A DNA stretch of 64,000 nt from Lachnospiraceae bacterium (GCA_963617435.1 CAVEOS010000003.1:318-64317), one strand, 5' to 3'; counted from the first letter of the stretch, positions 9,408 through 19,503 are shown. The notes: generated by a model from the sequence alone, not told the origin. Program-made: numbers and translations.

Positions 9408-10355
9408 GTGGAAAATTTGACAAAAAAACAGATTACTATGCGGTTGCTTCAGATCATTGTGGTACTGTTAGGCATCAGTTTTATTACATTTGCGCTGACA
9501 TATATTTCTCCGGGTGATCCGGTTCGAAATATGTATTCGGCGAATGGTGTTATGCCAACGGAAGAGATGGTTCAGCAGACCCGTCAGGAATTAGGATTGA
9601 ATGATCCGTTTCTGATCCAGTACGGACGATGGCTTGGCAACTGTCTCAGAGGAGATTTTGGAAAATCATATTCATTGAATAAATCGGTTACAGAATTACT
9701 GCTTAGCAGACTCTGGCCGACATTGAAACTGACGATAGTGTCAACTATACTGATGGTGGTGATTTCGGTACCGTTGGGAATGCTATCAGCACTACGAAAG
9801 GACAGAGCCGCTGATTATGTGGTACGTGGTATTACTTTTGTAGGATGTGCAATGCCAAATTTCTGGGTTGGACTTTTATTGATGATGGCGTTTTGTGTCC
9901 ATTTCAAAATATTTCCGGTAGTTAGTTCTGCGGGAGATTTTATGAGTTTGTTTTTACCGGCCCTGACACTTGCAATCGCAATGGCATCGAAATATACGCG
10001 TCAGGTGCGTGCTGCGGTACTGGATGAACTGAGTCAGGATTATGTTACAGGAGCGAAGGCCAGAGGTATTAAATGGCCAAGAATCATATGGGGAAATGTA
10101 TTTCCGAATTCTTTACTCCCACTGATTACAATGTTTGGTTTATCCATCGGCTCTCTCCTTGGAGGAACCGCTGTAGTTGAAGTCATTTTTTCATATCCGG
10201 GACTGGGAAATCTGGCAGTTTCTGCCATTTCTTCCAGTGATTACAATCTGATCCAGGGATATGTATTGTGGCTGGCATTGATATATATGGTTATTAACCT
10301 GATCGTAGATGCATCGTATATTTATATCGATCCTCGAATGAGATTAAAGGAGTAG
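9408..10355 (+). CDS. ABC transporter permease (DppB/NikB-like)
   Basis: 315 aa with 6 predicted TM segments and a BPD-transporter-like region (ASKYTRQVRAAVLDELSQDYVTGAKARG). The start is uncertain: GTG 9408 or ATG 9438. Confidence 0.8.
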   Translation: MENLTKKQITMRLLQIIVVLLGISFITFALTYISPGDPVRNMYSANGVMPTEEMVQQTRQELGLNDPFLIQYGRWLGNCLRGDFGKSYSLNKSVTELLLSRLWPTLKLTIVSTILMVVISVPLGMLSALRKDRAADYVVRGITFVGCAMPNFWVGLLLMMAFCVHFKIFPVVSSAGDFMSLFLPALTLAIAMASKYTRQVRAAVLDELSQDYVTGAKARGIKWPRIIWGNVFPNSLLPLITMFGLSIGSLLGGTAVVEVIFSYPGLGNLAVSAISSSDYNLIQGYVLWLALIYMVINLIVDASYIYIDPRMRLKE

Positions 10356-10360
10356 TGAGT

Positions 10361-11188
10361 ATGAAGAAAAAAGGTTTTTTTATGCAGCATAAGCAGTTTA
10401 CGGTTTTTCTGATTCTTGCGATTCTGGTTATCCTGGTTGCCGTTTTTGCTCCAATCGTAAGTGGAGGGGTGGACCCATTAGAGGGAAGTCTGACCGAGGC
10501 TCTGCAGCCACCAAGTAAAGAACATATTTTTGGAACTGATAAGATGGGACGAGATATTTTTGCACGTGTTATCTATGGTTCACGGGCATCTCTGACAGCT
10601 ACGTTCGGCGTTGTTGCTCTGATTTTCATCGTTGGAACGACACTGGGAGTTATTTCTGGTTATTTTGGTGGCATTCTGGATATTATCATAATGAGAATCG
10701 CAGATATGATGCTGTCTTTCCCTGGCTTAGTTCTTGCACTTGCGGTAGCAGGTATTATGGGAGCCAGTATAAAAAATGCAATTGTGGCCGTTGTTGTGGT
10801 TAACTGGACAAAATATGCACGACTGGGAAGAAGTCTTGTGTTGAAGATCAGACATCGTGATTATGTGTCAGCGGCGGTTGTGACCGGCTCTAAGACACCA
10901 TATATGATCTTGAAATATATGCTGCCAAATGCGCTGCCGACACTGATCATTACAGCTGCAACTGATATTGGCGGAATGATGTTGGAACTTGCAGCAATGT
11001 CCTTCCTGGGATTTGGAGCAAAACCACCTGCACCGGAATGGGGATATATGCTGAATGAAGGACGTGCATGTATTCAGTCGGCACCCTGGATGATGATCTT
11101 CCCGGGACTTGCAATTTTTGTTGTAGTAGTAATTTTTAACATGCTGGGTGATTCTGTACGGGATATTTTGGACCCAAAGGATGAGTAA
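10361..11188 (+). CDS. ABC transporter permease (DppC/NikC-like)
   Basis: ATG 10361 lies 8 nt after the SD aaaggag; the ORF track begins at GTG 10355. The N-terminal GTDKMGRDIFARVIYG motif is typical of DppC/NikC permeases. Confidence 0.8.
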   Translation: MKKKGFFMQHKQFTVFLILAILVILVAVFAPIVSGGVDPLEGSLTEALQPPSKEHIFGTDKMGRDIFARVIYGSRASLTATFGVVALIFIVGTTLGVISGYFGGILDIIIMRIADMMLSFPGLVLALAVAGIMGASIKNAIVAVVVVNWTKYARLGRSLVLKIRHRDYVSAAVVTGSKTPYMILKYMLPNALPTLIITAATDIGGMMLELAAMSFLGFGAKPPAPEWGYMLNEGRACIQSAPWMMIFPGLAIFVVVVIFNMLGDSVRDILDPKDE

Positions 11189-11198
11189 GGAGGAACAT

Positions 11199-11981
11199 AT
11201 GCTGCAGTTAAATAATGTAACCATCTCTTACAAGGATATTCCGACCGTACAGAACGTCAGCCTGAATGTAAAACCTGGTCAGATCGTTTCCCTGGTAGGA
11301 GAATCCGGCAGTGGAAAAACAACGGTTATCCGTGCTGTGATCGGCTTACTTTCAGGTGGCGGAAAGGTAACGGAAGGCAGTATTACTTTCGAGGGACAGA
11401 ATCTGCTGGACTATACAAGTGAGCAGTGGAGAGAACTTCGTGGAACACAGATTTCCATGATTTTTCAGGACAGTGGTGCGATGATGAATCCTACCAAAAA
11501 AATCGGGAAGGTGTTCAACGAATATATTCTGACACATGAGAAAATATCAAAAAAAGAAGCCTGGGACAAAGGCTGTCAGATGCTTGAGCGGATGAATCTG
11601 CCAAGTCCGGATAATGTCATGAATTCTTACCCGTTCCAGTTGTCCGGCGGAATGCGCCAGAGAGTTGGAATCGCAATGGGAATGACTTATCAGCCGAAAC
11701 TTCTGCTGGCAGATGAACCGACATCTGCCCTTGATGTAACAACGCAGTCACAGATTGTGCGCCAGATGATGGAACTGAGGGATAAGTATGGTACAAGTAT
11801 CATCCTTGTAACACACAACCTTGGCGTTGCGGCATATATGTCAGATTATATTGTAGTTATGAAAGATGGAAAAATAGAAGATCAGGGAACGCGGGAGCAT
11901 ATTCTGCATGAAACAACGAATGAGTATACGCAGAGCCTGCTGGATGCCGTTCCATCGGTAGGAGGTGAGCGATTTGTCTGA
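11199..11981 (+). CDS. ABC transporter ATP-binding protein (DppD/NikD-like)
   Basis: ATG 11199 follows aaggagga. Walker A is GESGSGKT, the signature is LSGGMRQR, and Walker B is LLLADEPTSALD. Confidence 0.85.
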   Translation: MLQLNNVTISYKDIPTVQNVSLNVKPGQIVSLVGESGSGKTTVIRAVIGLLSGGGKVTEGSITFEGQNLLDYTSEQWRELRGTQISMIFQDSGAMMNPTKKIGKVFNEYILTHEKISKKEAWDKGCQMLERMNLPSPDNVMNSYPFQLSGGMRQRVGIAMGMTYQPKLLLADEPTSALDVTTQSQIVRQMMELRDKYGTSIILVTHNLGVAAYMSDYIVVMKDGKIEDQGTREHILHETTNEYTQSLLDAVPSVGGERFV

Positions 11982-12933
11982 AGAGAAAGAAGTAATCCTG
12001 GAGACCAGACATGTGACACGTCGTTTTCCGGCTTCCGGTAACCGTACTCTGGTTGCAAATAATGATATCAATCTGAAGTTTTACAAGGGTGAAACGCTTG
12101 GTCTTGTAGGAGAGTCAGGCTGTGGAAAAAGTACTTTTATGAAATTCCTTGTATCTCTGGATGTTCCGACGGAGGGAGAAATTCTGTATCGGGGAAAAGA
12201 TATCACAAAGCTGAAGGGGGAGGAACTTCGTCAGAATCGGCAACATATCCAGATGGTATTTCAGGATCCGACGGCTTCCTTTAATCCAAAAATGAAAATC
12301 CGTGACATTATCTGTGAGCCGTTGATGAATTTTGGCAAAATAAACAAGTCGAAGAAAGATGCCGCCTGTCGCAGACTACTGGAAATGGTAGAACTGCCGG
12401 GAGATTTTGCTGACCGTTACCCGCATAATATGAGTGGTGGTCAGAGGCAGCGTGTTGCAATTGCCCGTGCACTGGCATTGGAACCGGAAGTGATCATCAT
12501 GGATGAAGCTACATCAGCACTGGATGTATCCGTACAAAAGAAAATCATTGAGCTGATCACAAAGCTTCAGAAAGAAAATGACATTACAATTGGCTTTATC
12601 TGCCATGATATTGCCCTGATCCAGCAATGTGCACATCAGATCGCAGTCATGTATCTGGGCAATGTGGTGGAAATCGTGCCGGGCGAACAGCTTACAAAGA
12701 CAGCATGTCATCCATATACAAGGGCATTGATGGGATCGGTTTTTGATATTCAGATGGATTTCTCAAAGCCACTGGAAAGTCTTGAGGGCGATGTGCCAAG
12801 TCCGCTGGATCTGCCGGTTGGCTGTCCGTTCCAGGGACGATGCGGTCAGTGTATGGAAATCTGTAAGCAGAAGCACCCTGAAATGGTGGAAATAGCACCA
12901 GGACATCAGGTGGCATGCCATTTGTTCAGTTAG
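11965..12933 (+). CDS. ABC transporter ATP-binding protein (DppF/NikE-like)
   Basis: Walker A is GESGCGKS, the signature is MSGGQRQR, and Walker B is IIMDEATSALD. The C-terminal extension is Cys-rich. The start may be TTG 11974, which is better spaced from the SD ggagg. Confidence 0.85.
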   Translation: MSDLSEEKEVILETRHVTRRFPASGNRTLVANNDINLKFYKGETLGLVGESGCGKSTFMKFLVSLDVPTEGEILYRGKDITKLKGEELRQNRQHIQMVFQDPTASFNPKMKIRDIICEPLMNFGKINKSKKDAACRRLLEMVELPGDFADRYPHNMSGGQRQRVAIARALALEPEVIIMDEATSALDVSVQKKIIELITKLQKENDITIGFICHDIALIQQCAHQIAVMYLGNVVEIVPGEQLTKTACHPYTRALMGSVFDIQMDFSKPLESLEGDVPSPLDLPVGCPFQGRCGQCMEICKQKHPEMVEIAPGHQVACHLFS

Positions 12934-12957
12934 GCATATTTTGAGGAGAATTTATTA

Positions 12958-13734
12958 ATGGGAAAAAAAGGTATACTGGTTGTAAGCTTTGGAACATCCT
13001 ATCTGGATGCTCAGCAGGACAATATTGTTCCGGTAGAGCAGGCAATAGCAGATGCATTACCAGAGTATGAGATGCGGAGAGCATTTGGCAGCGGAATGAT
13101 CATTAAAAAGCTGCTGAAAAGAGATGGAATTGTTATTGATACGGTAGAGGAAGCTTTAGAAAGGTTCTGTCAAGATGGTTATTCAGATCTGATCATTCAG
13201 CCTACATATATTATCCAGGGGATTGAATTTGATGAGCTGAAAGAAACGGTTGCCCGATACCGCATGAAATTTGAATCCATAAGGATTGGATATCCATTGT
13301 TGGACTGTCAGGACGACTATGTCAGAATCATTCAGGCACTGGATAAAGAATTTGGATTCAAAAAGAGTCAGGATGCGTTTGTCTTTGTGGGACATGGAAC
13401 CGGACATTTTGCAAATGCATGCTATCCGGCACTGGAGCAGCAGCTGCATACTTCCGGATTTTCCAATGTATTTGTAGGAACGGTAGAAGGGTATCCGCAG
13501 CTCGAAGATGTGCAGGAGCAGTTGAAGAAAGCAGGATTCCGTAAGGTGACACTGATTCCGTTAATGCTTGTGGCAGGGGATCATGCACATAATGATATTG
13601 CCGGGGACGATGAGGATTCCTGGAAAAGTACACTGGAAAGGGATGGGCTGAGCGTTTCCTGTGTGCAGAGAGGAATGGGAAGCTATCCACTGATACAGCG
13701 TATGTTCGCAGAGCATGCCCGGCAGGCGAAATGA
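12958..13734 (+). CDS. cbiK: sirohydrochlorin cobaltochelatase (anaerobic, CbiK type)
   Basis: 258 aa. ILVVSFGTSY, FGSGMIIKKLLKRDGI, VFVGHGTGH and LMLVAGDHAHNDIAGDDEDSWK closely parallel Salmonella CbiK, including the two metal-ligand His regions. There is no signal peptide. Confidence 0.85.
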   Translation: MGKKGILVVSFGTSYLDAQQDNIVPVEQAIADALPEYEMRRAFGSGMIIKKLLKRDGIVIDTVEEALERFCQDGYSDLIIQPTYIIQGIEFDELKETVARYRMKFESIRIGYPLLDCQDDYVRIIQALDKEFGFKKSQDAFVFVGHGTGHFANACYPALEQQLHTSGFSNVFVGTVEGYPQLEDVQEQLKKAGFRKVTLIPLMLVAGDHAHNDIAGDDEDSWKSTLERDGLSVSCVQRGMGSYPLIQRMFAEHARQAK

Positions 13735-15083
13735 AGAAAAATGATCTGACATCGGGAAATATATGGAAGGGAATTCTGCTGTTTGTTCTGCCATTGCTTG
13801 CAGGCAGCCTGATCCAGCAGCTTTATGTGACAGTAGACGCGATCATTGTTGGACGATTTGCAGGAAAAATCGGTCTTGCGGCAATTGATTCGGTTAATAC
13901 ACTTTTTAAATTCCCTATTAATTTTATGAATGGCCTGGCAGCAGGAGCCACGATCATTATTTCACGCTATTACGGCGCAAAAAAAAGAGAAGATCTTCAT
14001 TGTGCAATCCGTACAGCCATTACAGTGGCAATAATCCTTGGTGCGGTCAGTTCAGTTGCTGGTGTATTGCTGTCACCGCAGTTTATTAAGATCATGAAAG
14101 TACCGGCAGATATTTCCGGGCTGACATTAACTTATTGCAGGATTTATTTTGGCGGTTTGTGGTCATTGATCCTGTATAACATGTCGGCGGGAATTTTACG
14201 TGCATTCGGAGATTCCAGACGTCCGCTGCATGTATTGATCATCAGCAGTATCATTAATATTGCCGGCGATCTTCTGCTGGTTGGCGTTTTTCATCTGGGT
14301 GTTGCCGGTGCGGCGCTGGCTACCATTGCAGCCCAGGTGATCAGTGTATTGATCATGTTCAAAATGCTGGCGGGACTGGAACATGCCGGTGGTGAGATCC
14401 ATGTGTGGCATCTGCATTTCTGTGCAGAGCATATGTGGATGATAATAAAAATAGGTTTTCCACTTGCATTGCAATCCATGCTGTTTCCTGTAGCAAACTC
14501 TATCGTACAGGCGAGTGTGAATATAATGGGAACAGACAGTATTGCTGCATGGAGTATCTGTGATAAATTAAGTATGCTGATCTGGCTGCTTGCGGATTCC
14601 ATGGGACCGGCACTTACAACATATGTGGCACAGAATCTGGGAGCCGGACAGATAGCCCGGGTAAAAAAGGGTGCTGTGGTCGGAACGATTATTTCTGTTT
14701 TGGCGGTAGGTACAGTCAGCTTCATACTGTATGTGGGATCCGGCGTCTTTGGACCATGGTTTATAGACAGGAAAGATGCGGCTGTCCTGATACCACTGGT
14801 GGTGCGATATATGAAAATGATGGCACCATTTTATTTCTTCTATGCAATAGCGGAAGCATTGTCAGGAGCAAGCTGTGGTCTTGGAGAAACACTGTCACCA
14901 ATGGTGACAACTTTACTCAGTATCTGTCTGTTGCGTGTATGCGGTATTTGGATCTTCCTTCCAAGATATGAAACAATGGAATGTATCATCTGGGTTTATA
15001 TTGTTTCTTGGATTACAGCCGGCATAGCGTTTCTTGTATTATTTTTATATAAAAGTAAAAGAAAACTGGTGAGCAAGTTATGA
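13731..15083 (+). CDS. MATE-family efflux transporter
   Basis: 450 aa with 12 TM segments. The N-terminus is typical of MATE proteins (GNIWKGILLFVLPLLAGSLIQQLYVTVDAIIVGRF). Its start overlaps the cbiK stop (ATGA). Confidence 0.85.
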   Translation: MKKNDLTSGNIWKGILLFVLPLLAGSLIQQLYVTVDAIIVGRFAGKIGLAAIDSVNTLFKFPINFMNGLAAGATIIISRYYGAKKREDLHCAIRTAITVAIILGAVSSVAGVLLSPQFIKIMKVPADISGLTLTYCRIYFGGLWSLILYNMSAGILRAFGDSRRPLHVLIISSIINIAGDLLLVGVFHLGVAGAALATIAAQVISVLIMFKMLAGLEHAGGEIHVWHLHFCAEHMWMIIKIGFPLALQSMLFPVANSIVQASVNIMGTDSIAAWSICDKLSMLIWLLADSMGPALTTYVAQNLGAGQIARVKKGAVVGTIISVLAVGTVSFILYVGSGVFGPWFIDRKDAAVLIPLVVRYMKMMAPFYFFYAIAEALSGASCGLGETLSPMVTTLLSICLLRVCGIWIFLPRYETMECIIWVYIVSWITAGIAFLVLFLYKSKRKLVSKL

Positions 15084-15180
15084 TTATTGCGATCTTAAAT
15101 GCAATCCGGTCTTAAGAGTGAAAAAACTGTAGAGATAGTATTTTTAGAAAATGATTTAAAAGAAGGTTTTTTATTGAGAC

Positions 15181-15201
15181 GTAAATAGCGGGTGCAGATT
15201 A
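15181..15201 (+). repeat. Rep-A left arm only (half copy)
   Basis: gtaaatagcgggtgcagatta is identical to the left ends of the full copies and breaks off directly at the gene relic. Confidence 0.6.
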
Positions 15202-15374
15202 ATATGGCCGTTCATACCGGCTTCAAACGCCTTTTTCCTGTCCTCCGCAAAAGCATTTGCCGTCATGGCTACAATTGGGATTCCGGATTTACCGGCATCC
15301 GGTAAATGCCGGATAATCGTTGCAGCTTTATAGCCATCCATATTCGGCATCTGAATATCCAGCAGGATCAGATT
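15201..15374 (-). pseudogene. response-regulator receiver-domain fragment (58 codons, no start)
   Basis: The minus-strand translation is [58 protein letters not shown], then it runs into Rep-A sequence. Confidence 0.75.
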
Positions 15375-15431
15375 GCGAAACCGATCGATCCGGCGAAGAT
15401 CAAAGAGACACTGGCAGAGATTTTGAAGTGA
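15375..15431 (+). pseudogene. last 18 codons of the same receiver domain, on the opposite strand
   Basis: The plus-strand translation is [18 protein letters not shown]. This is the expected continuation of ...GMNGHI, but it is head-to-head with the other fragment. Confidence 0.65.
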
Positions 15432-15547
15432 TGTAAAGAATTAATTTTGTTGTGCTAATTTGGGCTTTTGAATGATAGAAAAGATTTGAATTAATCCGAT
15501 GAAATTTTCTGGCTGCATAAAAAAATTATTAGGTCATAGTGTAAACA

Positions 15548-15614
15548 GCGGGTGCAGATTATTTTTTCTTGAGAAGCGATTGTTAGCTCGAAAGACAAAA
15601 TAATCTGTGCCCGC
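15548..15614 (+). repeat. Rep-A hairpin repeat, full copy
   Basis: gcgggtgcagattatttt / ttcttgagaagcgattgttagctcgaaagac / aaaataatctgtgcccgc. Confidence 0.8.
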
Positions 15615-15665
15615 TTTTCCATAACCTTCCGTTATAAAATAGAAGAAGAAAAAATTTAAAATAAA

Positions 15666-15692
15666 TTAGCACTCGACGCTTGACGTGGCTAA
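15666..15692 (+). promoter_or_regulatory. CIRCE-like element (one perfect and one degenerate half-site)
   Basis: TTAGCACTC-N9-cgtGGCTAA compared with the consensus TTAGCACTC-N9-GAGTGCTAA. It overlaps the clpB -35 box. Confidence 0.3.
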
Positions 15693-15708
15693 TAATATGT
15701 GATATAAC
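15680..15708 (+). promoter_or_regulatory. clpB promoter
   Basis: TTGACG (15680-15685), a 17-nt spacer, then TATAAC (15703-15708). Confidence 0.5.
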
Positions 15709-15793
15709 ATATTTAGCGCAAGAAAAAGCGTTATACAACAAGTAGAACATAATAATTAAAAAGAGTAGAAACACCCGGAAAGGAGGGGTTTTT

Positions 15794-18376
15794 ATGAATA
15801 TCCAGAAATTTACACAGAAATCAATGCAGGCAATCCAGGATTGCGAGAAATTAGCTTATGAATATGGCAATCAGGAAATCGAGCAGGAACATCTGCTGGT
15901 AGCCCTGATGCGGCAGGAAGACGGCCTGATCCCGATGCTGATCGAGAAAATGGAGATCAACAAACAGCATTTTATGAACAATGCTGAGGATCATCTGGCA
16001 AAGAGAGTCAAAGTTTCCGGCGGACAGGTTTATGTCGGTCAGCAGCTGAACAAAGTGCTGATCAGTGCTGAGGACGAAGCAAAACAGATGGGTGACGAGT
16101 ATGTATCCGTAGAGCATCTGTTCCTGAGCATGATCCGTTACCCGAACCCGGCGATCAAAGAGATCTTCCGTGAGTATGGAATCACAAGAGACAGATTCCT
16201 CCAGGTATTATCCACCGTCCGTGGCAACCAGAGAGTCGTAAGTGACAATCCGGAAGCTACTTATGATACATTGGAAAAATATGGTTACGACATGGTAGAA
16301 CGTGCAAGAGATCAGAAACTGGATCCGGTCATCGGCCGTGACAGTGAGATCCGAAACGTGGTTCGTATCCTTTCCAGAAAAACAAAAAACAACCCGGTTC
16401 TGATCGGTGAGCCTGGTGTTGGTAAAACTGCCGTTGTCGAGGGACTGGCACAGCGTATCGTCCGCGGCGATGTACCGGAAGGACTGAAAGACAAGAAATT
16501 ATTTGCCCTTGATATGGGAGCACTGGTTGCAGGTGCAAAATACAGAGGCGAATTTGAGGAACGTCTGAAAGCCGTACTGGACGAGGTAAAGAAGAGCGAA
16601 GGCAAGATCATCCTGTTTATCGATGAGCTTCATACCATCGTCGGCGCAGGAAAGACAGACGGAGCTATGGATGCCGGCAACATGTTAAAACCAATGCTGG
16701 CAAGAGGTGAATTACATTGTATCGGTGCCACCACACTGGATGAGTACCGTGAATATATAGAGAAAGATGCCGCTCTGGAGCGTCGCTTCCAGCCGGTTAT
16801 GGTAGACGAGCCGACCGTAGAAGATACGATTTCTATCCTCCGAGGCTTGAAAGAGCGTTACGAAGTATTCCACGGCGTTAAAATTACAGATGGGGCACTG
16901 GTTTCCGCAGCTGTACTGTCCAACCGTTATATTTCTGACCGTTTCCTGCCGGACAAAGCCATCGATCTGGTGGATGAGGCGTGTGCACTGATCAAGACAG
17001 AACTTGATTCCATGCCGACAGAACTGGATGAACTGAACCGTAAAGTAATGCAGCTGGAGATCGAGGAAACTGCGCTGAAGAAAGAGGAAGACAATCTGAG
17101 CAAAGAGCGTCTGGAAAATCTTCAGAAAGAACTGGCAGAACTGCGCAGCGAGTTCCAGACAAAGAAAGCACAGTGGGACAACGAGAAGAAAGCAGTTGAG
17201 CGTGTACAGAAATTGCGAGAGGAACTGGAAAGCCTGAATAAAGAGATTCAGACCGCACAGCAGAATTACGATCTGGAAAAAGCAGCAGAACTGCAGTATG
17301 GTAAGAAACCACAGCTTGAAAAAGAATTAGCTCACGAAGAAGAAATCGTGAAAAACAAAGATATGTCACTGGTTCATGAGAGCGTCAGCGAGGATGAGAT
17401 TGCAAGAATTATTTCTCGTTGGACAGGCATCCCGGTTGCAAAACTGACGGAGAGTGAACGTAACAAAACCTTACATCTGGACGAAGAACTGCACAAACGT
17501 GTCATCGGGCAGGATGAGGGCGTCACAAAAGTTACCGAAGCGATCATCCGTTCCAAAGCCGGAATCAAAGATCCTAGCAAACCGATCGGTTCTTTCCTCT
17601 TCCTTGGACCAACTGGTGTTGGTAAAACCGAACTGGCAAAAGCTCTGGCTGCAAGCCTGTTTGACGATGAATCCAACATGGTTCGACTTGATATGAGTGA
17701 ATACATGGAGAAATACTCCGTATCCAGACTGATCGGAGCACCTCCAGGATATGTAGGTTACGATGAAGGTGGTCAGCTGACCGAAGCCGTTCGTAGAAAA
17801 CCATATTCCGTAGTCCTGTTTGATGAGGTAGAAAAAGCTCATCCGGATGTATTTAATGTACTGTTACAGGTACTAGATGACGGTCGTATCACGGATTCTC
17901 AGGGACGTACTGTAGACTTCAAGAACACCATCATCATTATGACATCCAACCTTGGTTCTGCTCATCTGCTGGAAGGCATCGACGAGAACGGCGATATCAA
18001 TCCGGAAGCAGAAGAACGGGTTATGAATGAGCTGCGTGGCAACTTCAGACCGGAGTTCTTAAACCGTCTGGACGAGATCATCATGTTCAAGCCGCTGACC
18101 AAGGACAACATTGGAAATATCATTCATCTGCTGATGAATCAGTTGAATAAACGTCTGGAAGACAGAGAGATTTCCGTAGAACTGACATCGGCCGCAGAGA
18201 ACTTTATCGTAGAACATGGTTATGACCCGATTTACGGTGCAAGACCGCTGAAACGATTCCTGCAGAAACATGTGGAGACATTATCTGCAAAACTGATTCT
18301 TGCCGATGAAGTACATGCAAATGATGTAATTCTCATTGATGTAGATGGAGATTATCTGACTGCAAGAGTAAAGTAA
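15794..18376 (+). CDS. clpB: ATP-dependent chaperone ClpB
   Basis: 860 aa. It has a Clp N-domain, two AAA+ modules ([16 protein letters not shown]), a long coiled-coil middle domain, and a strong SD (aaaggagg). Confidence 0.95.
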   Translation: MNIQKFTQKSMQAIQDCEKLAYEYGNQEIEQEHLLVALMRQEDGLIPMLIEKMEINKQHFMNNAEDHLAKRVKVSGGQVYVGQQLNKVLISAEDEAKQMGDEYVSVEHLFLSMIRYPNPAIKEIFREYGITRDRFLQVLSTVRGNQRVVSDNPEATYDTLEKYGYDMVERARDQKLDPVIGRDSEIRNVVRILSRKTKNNPVLIGEPGVGKTAVVEGLAQRIVRGDVPEGLKDKKLFALDMGALVAGAKYRGEFEERLKAVLDEVKKSEGKIILFIDELHTIVGAGKTDGAMDAGNMLKPMLARGELHCIGATTLDEYREYIEKDAALERRFQPVMVDEPTVEDTISILRGLKERYEVFHGVKITDGALVSAAVLSNRYISDRFLPDKAIDLVDEACALIKTELDSMPTELDELNRKVMQLEIEETALKKEEDNLSKERLENLQKELAELRSEFQTKKAQWDNEKKAVERVQKLREELESLNKEIQTAQQNYDLEKAAELQYGKKPQLEKELAHEEEIVKNKDMSLVHESVSEDEIARIISRWTGIPVAKLTESERNKTLHLDEELHKRVIGQDEGVTKVTEAIIRSKAGIKDPSKPIGSFLFLGPTGVGKTELAKALAASLFDDESNMVRLDMSEYMEKYSVSRLIGAPPGYVGYDEGGQLTEAVRRKPYSVVLFDEVEKAHPDVFNVLLQVLDDGRITDSQGRTVDFKNTIIIMTSNLGSAHLLEGIDENGDINPEAEERVMNELRGNFRPEFLNRLDEIIMFKPLTKDNIGNIIHLLMNQLNKRLEDREISVELTSAAENFIVEHGYDPIYGARPLKRFLQKHVETLSAKLILADEVHANDVILIDVDGDYLTARVK

Positions 18377-18394
18377 TACAAGAATAGAATAATT

Positions 18395-18439
18395 AAGAGA
18401 CTTAGCTTAGTTGTAATGGCCTAGCTGAGTCTCTTTTTT
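18395..18439 (+). terminator. clpB rho-independent terminator
   Basis: aagagacttagct ... agctgagtctctt followed by tttttt. Confidence 0.85.
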
Positions 18440-18506
18440 GCGGGTGCAGATTATTTTTTCTTGAGAAGCGATTGTTAGCTCGAAAGACAAAATAATCTCT
18501 ACACGC
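18440..18506 (+). repeat. Rep-A hairpin repeat (right arm has 3 mismatches)
   Basis: gcgggtgcagattatttt...aaaataatctctacacgc. It abuts the stop codon of the convergent araC-type gene. Confidence 0.75.
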
Positions 18507-18507
18507 T

Positions 18508-19503
18508 TTAATAACTTTCCGGTTTTGGACGCATCTTTTTCCGATAATCCCGTGGCGTATCACTATATTTCGCCTTAAAACTATTATAAAAATAGCTGCT
18601 GTTGCTGTAGCCAATGGCTTCCATGATCTGCTCCACACTCAGGGAGCTCTGGCTCAGCAGATACGCGGCCTGTTGCAATTTACGTTCCTGCAAAAGCTCT
18701 TTAAAATTTTTCTGTAAATGTTTTTTCAATAAGCGGCTCACATAGTAGGCGGGCTGCTTGATCTGTGCGGAAATCTCCGCAAGTGTGCCAGATTTATAAT
18801 GTGTTTCAATATACTGCAAAATCGTAAAAATCTGCGTCTGCTCATACTGTTCCGGTACCGGACAGTTGAGTTTTTCTGCAAAAACAGAAAGATTCATGAA
18901 AACAAGTCCCATGGTCGTCTGGTTGATCGTATTTGTATTTTTTTTATCAAGGAAAATCGTCCAGATCATATTTTCCAGCAGATTCAGCACCGGAGGAATA
19001 TCCTTTGCGGAAAAATGCAAATAACTGTACAGGGATGTACTGCCGGATAGCGCGCTAAGCAGAAAATCCCGTAAAATATTTTCCTGCTCGATCATGGAGA
19101 CGGAGCGGTCGAAAAATTCCGGAAGAATGATAAAATTCACGGCAATATCATTTTCCCCGGCCGGAAATATTTCATGGGTGGCATTCTGATTCAGAAAGAG
19201 AAGATCTCCTTCATGTAAAACCAGTTTATCAGTACCATTCATAATGTGTGTAGTTTTGCCGCTACACATGTAGATCAGTTCCACATAATTATGGCGATGC
19301 TTCGGAAAATGCACAAATCTTGTATGTGGACGCACTTCGATCAGACATCCTTTTTCCAGAAGTTTTTTGCTGTCGATGGTAAATTCAGACGGTTTTGCAA
19401 ACTGTGTGGTATAGAGGTCGGACTGAATCTGGGAAGCACCCTGAAGAATGAGTTTTTCTTCATCCGTAATCTGTCTGAGCTTATTCAGTAATTCTTCCTG
19501 CAT
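18508..19503 (-). CDS. AraC-family transcriptional regulator (cupin + HTH), probable rhamnose regulator
   Basis: 331 aa. The C-terminal AraC HTH is LAEISAQIKQPAYYVSRLLKK...GYSNSSYFYNSFKAKYSDTPRDYRKK. It is divergent from rhaB, with the SD aaaggag. Confidence 0.8.
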   Translation of the reverse strand: MQEELLNKLRQITDEEKLILQGASQIQSDLYTTQFAKPSEFTIDSKKLLEKGCLIEVRPHTRFVHFPKHRHNYVELIYMCSGKTTHIMNGTDKLVLHEGDLLFLNQNATHEIFPAGENDIAVNFIILPEFFDRSVSMIEQENILRDFLLSALSGSTSLYSYLHFSAKDIPPVLNLLENMIWTIFLDKKNTNTINQTTMGLVFMNLSVFAEKLNCPVPEQYEQTQIFTILQYIETHYKSGTLAEISAQIKQPAYYVSRLLKKHLQKNFKELLQERKLQQAAYLLSQSSLSVEQIMEAIGYSNSSYFYNSFKAKYSDTPRDYRKKMRPKPESY

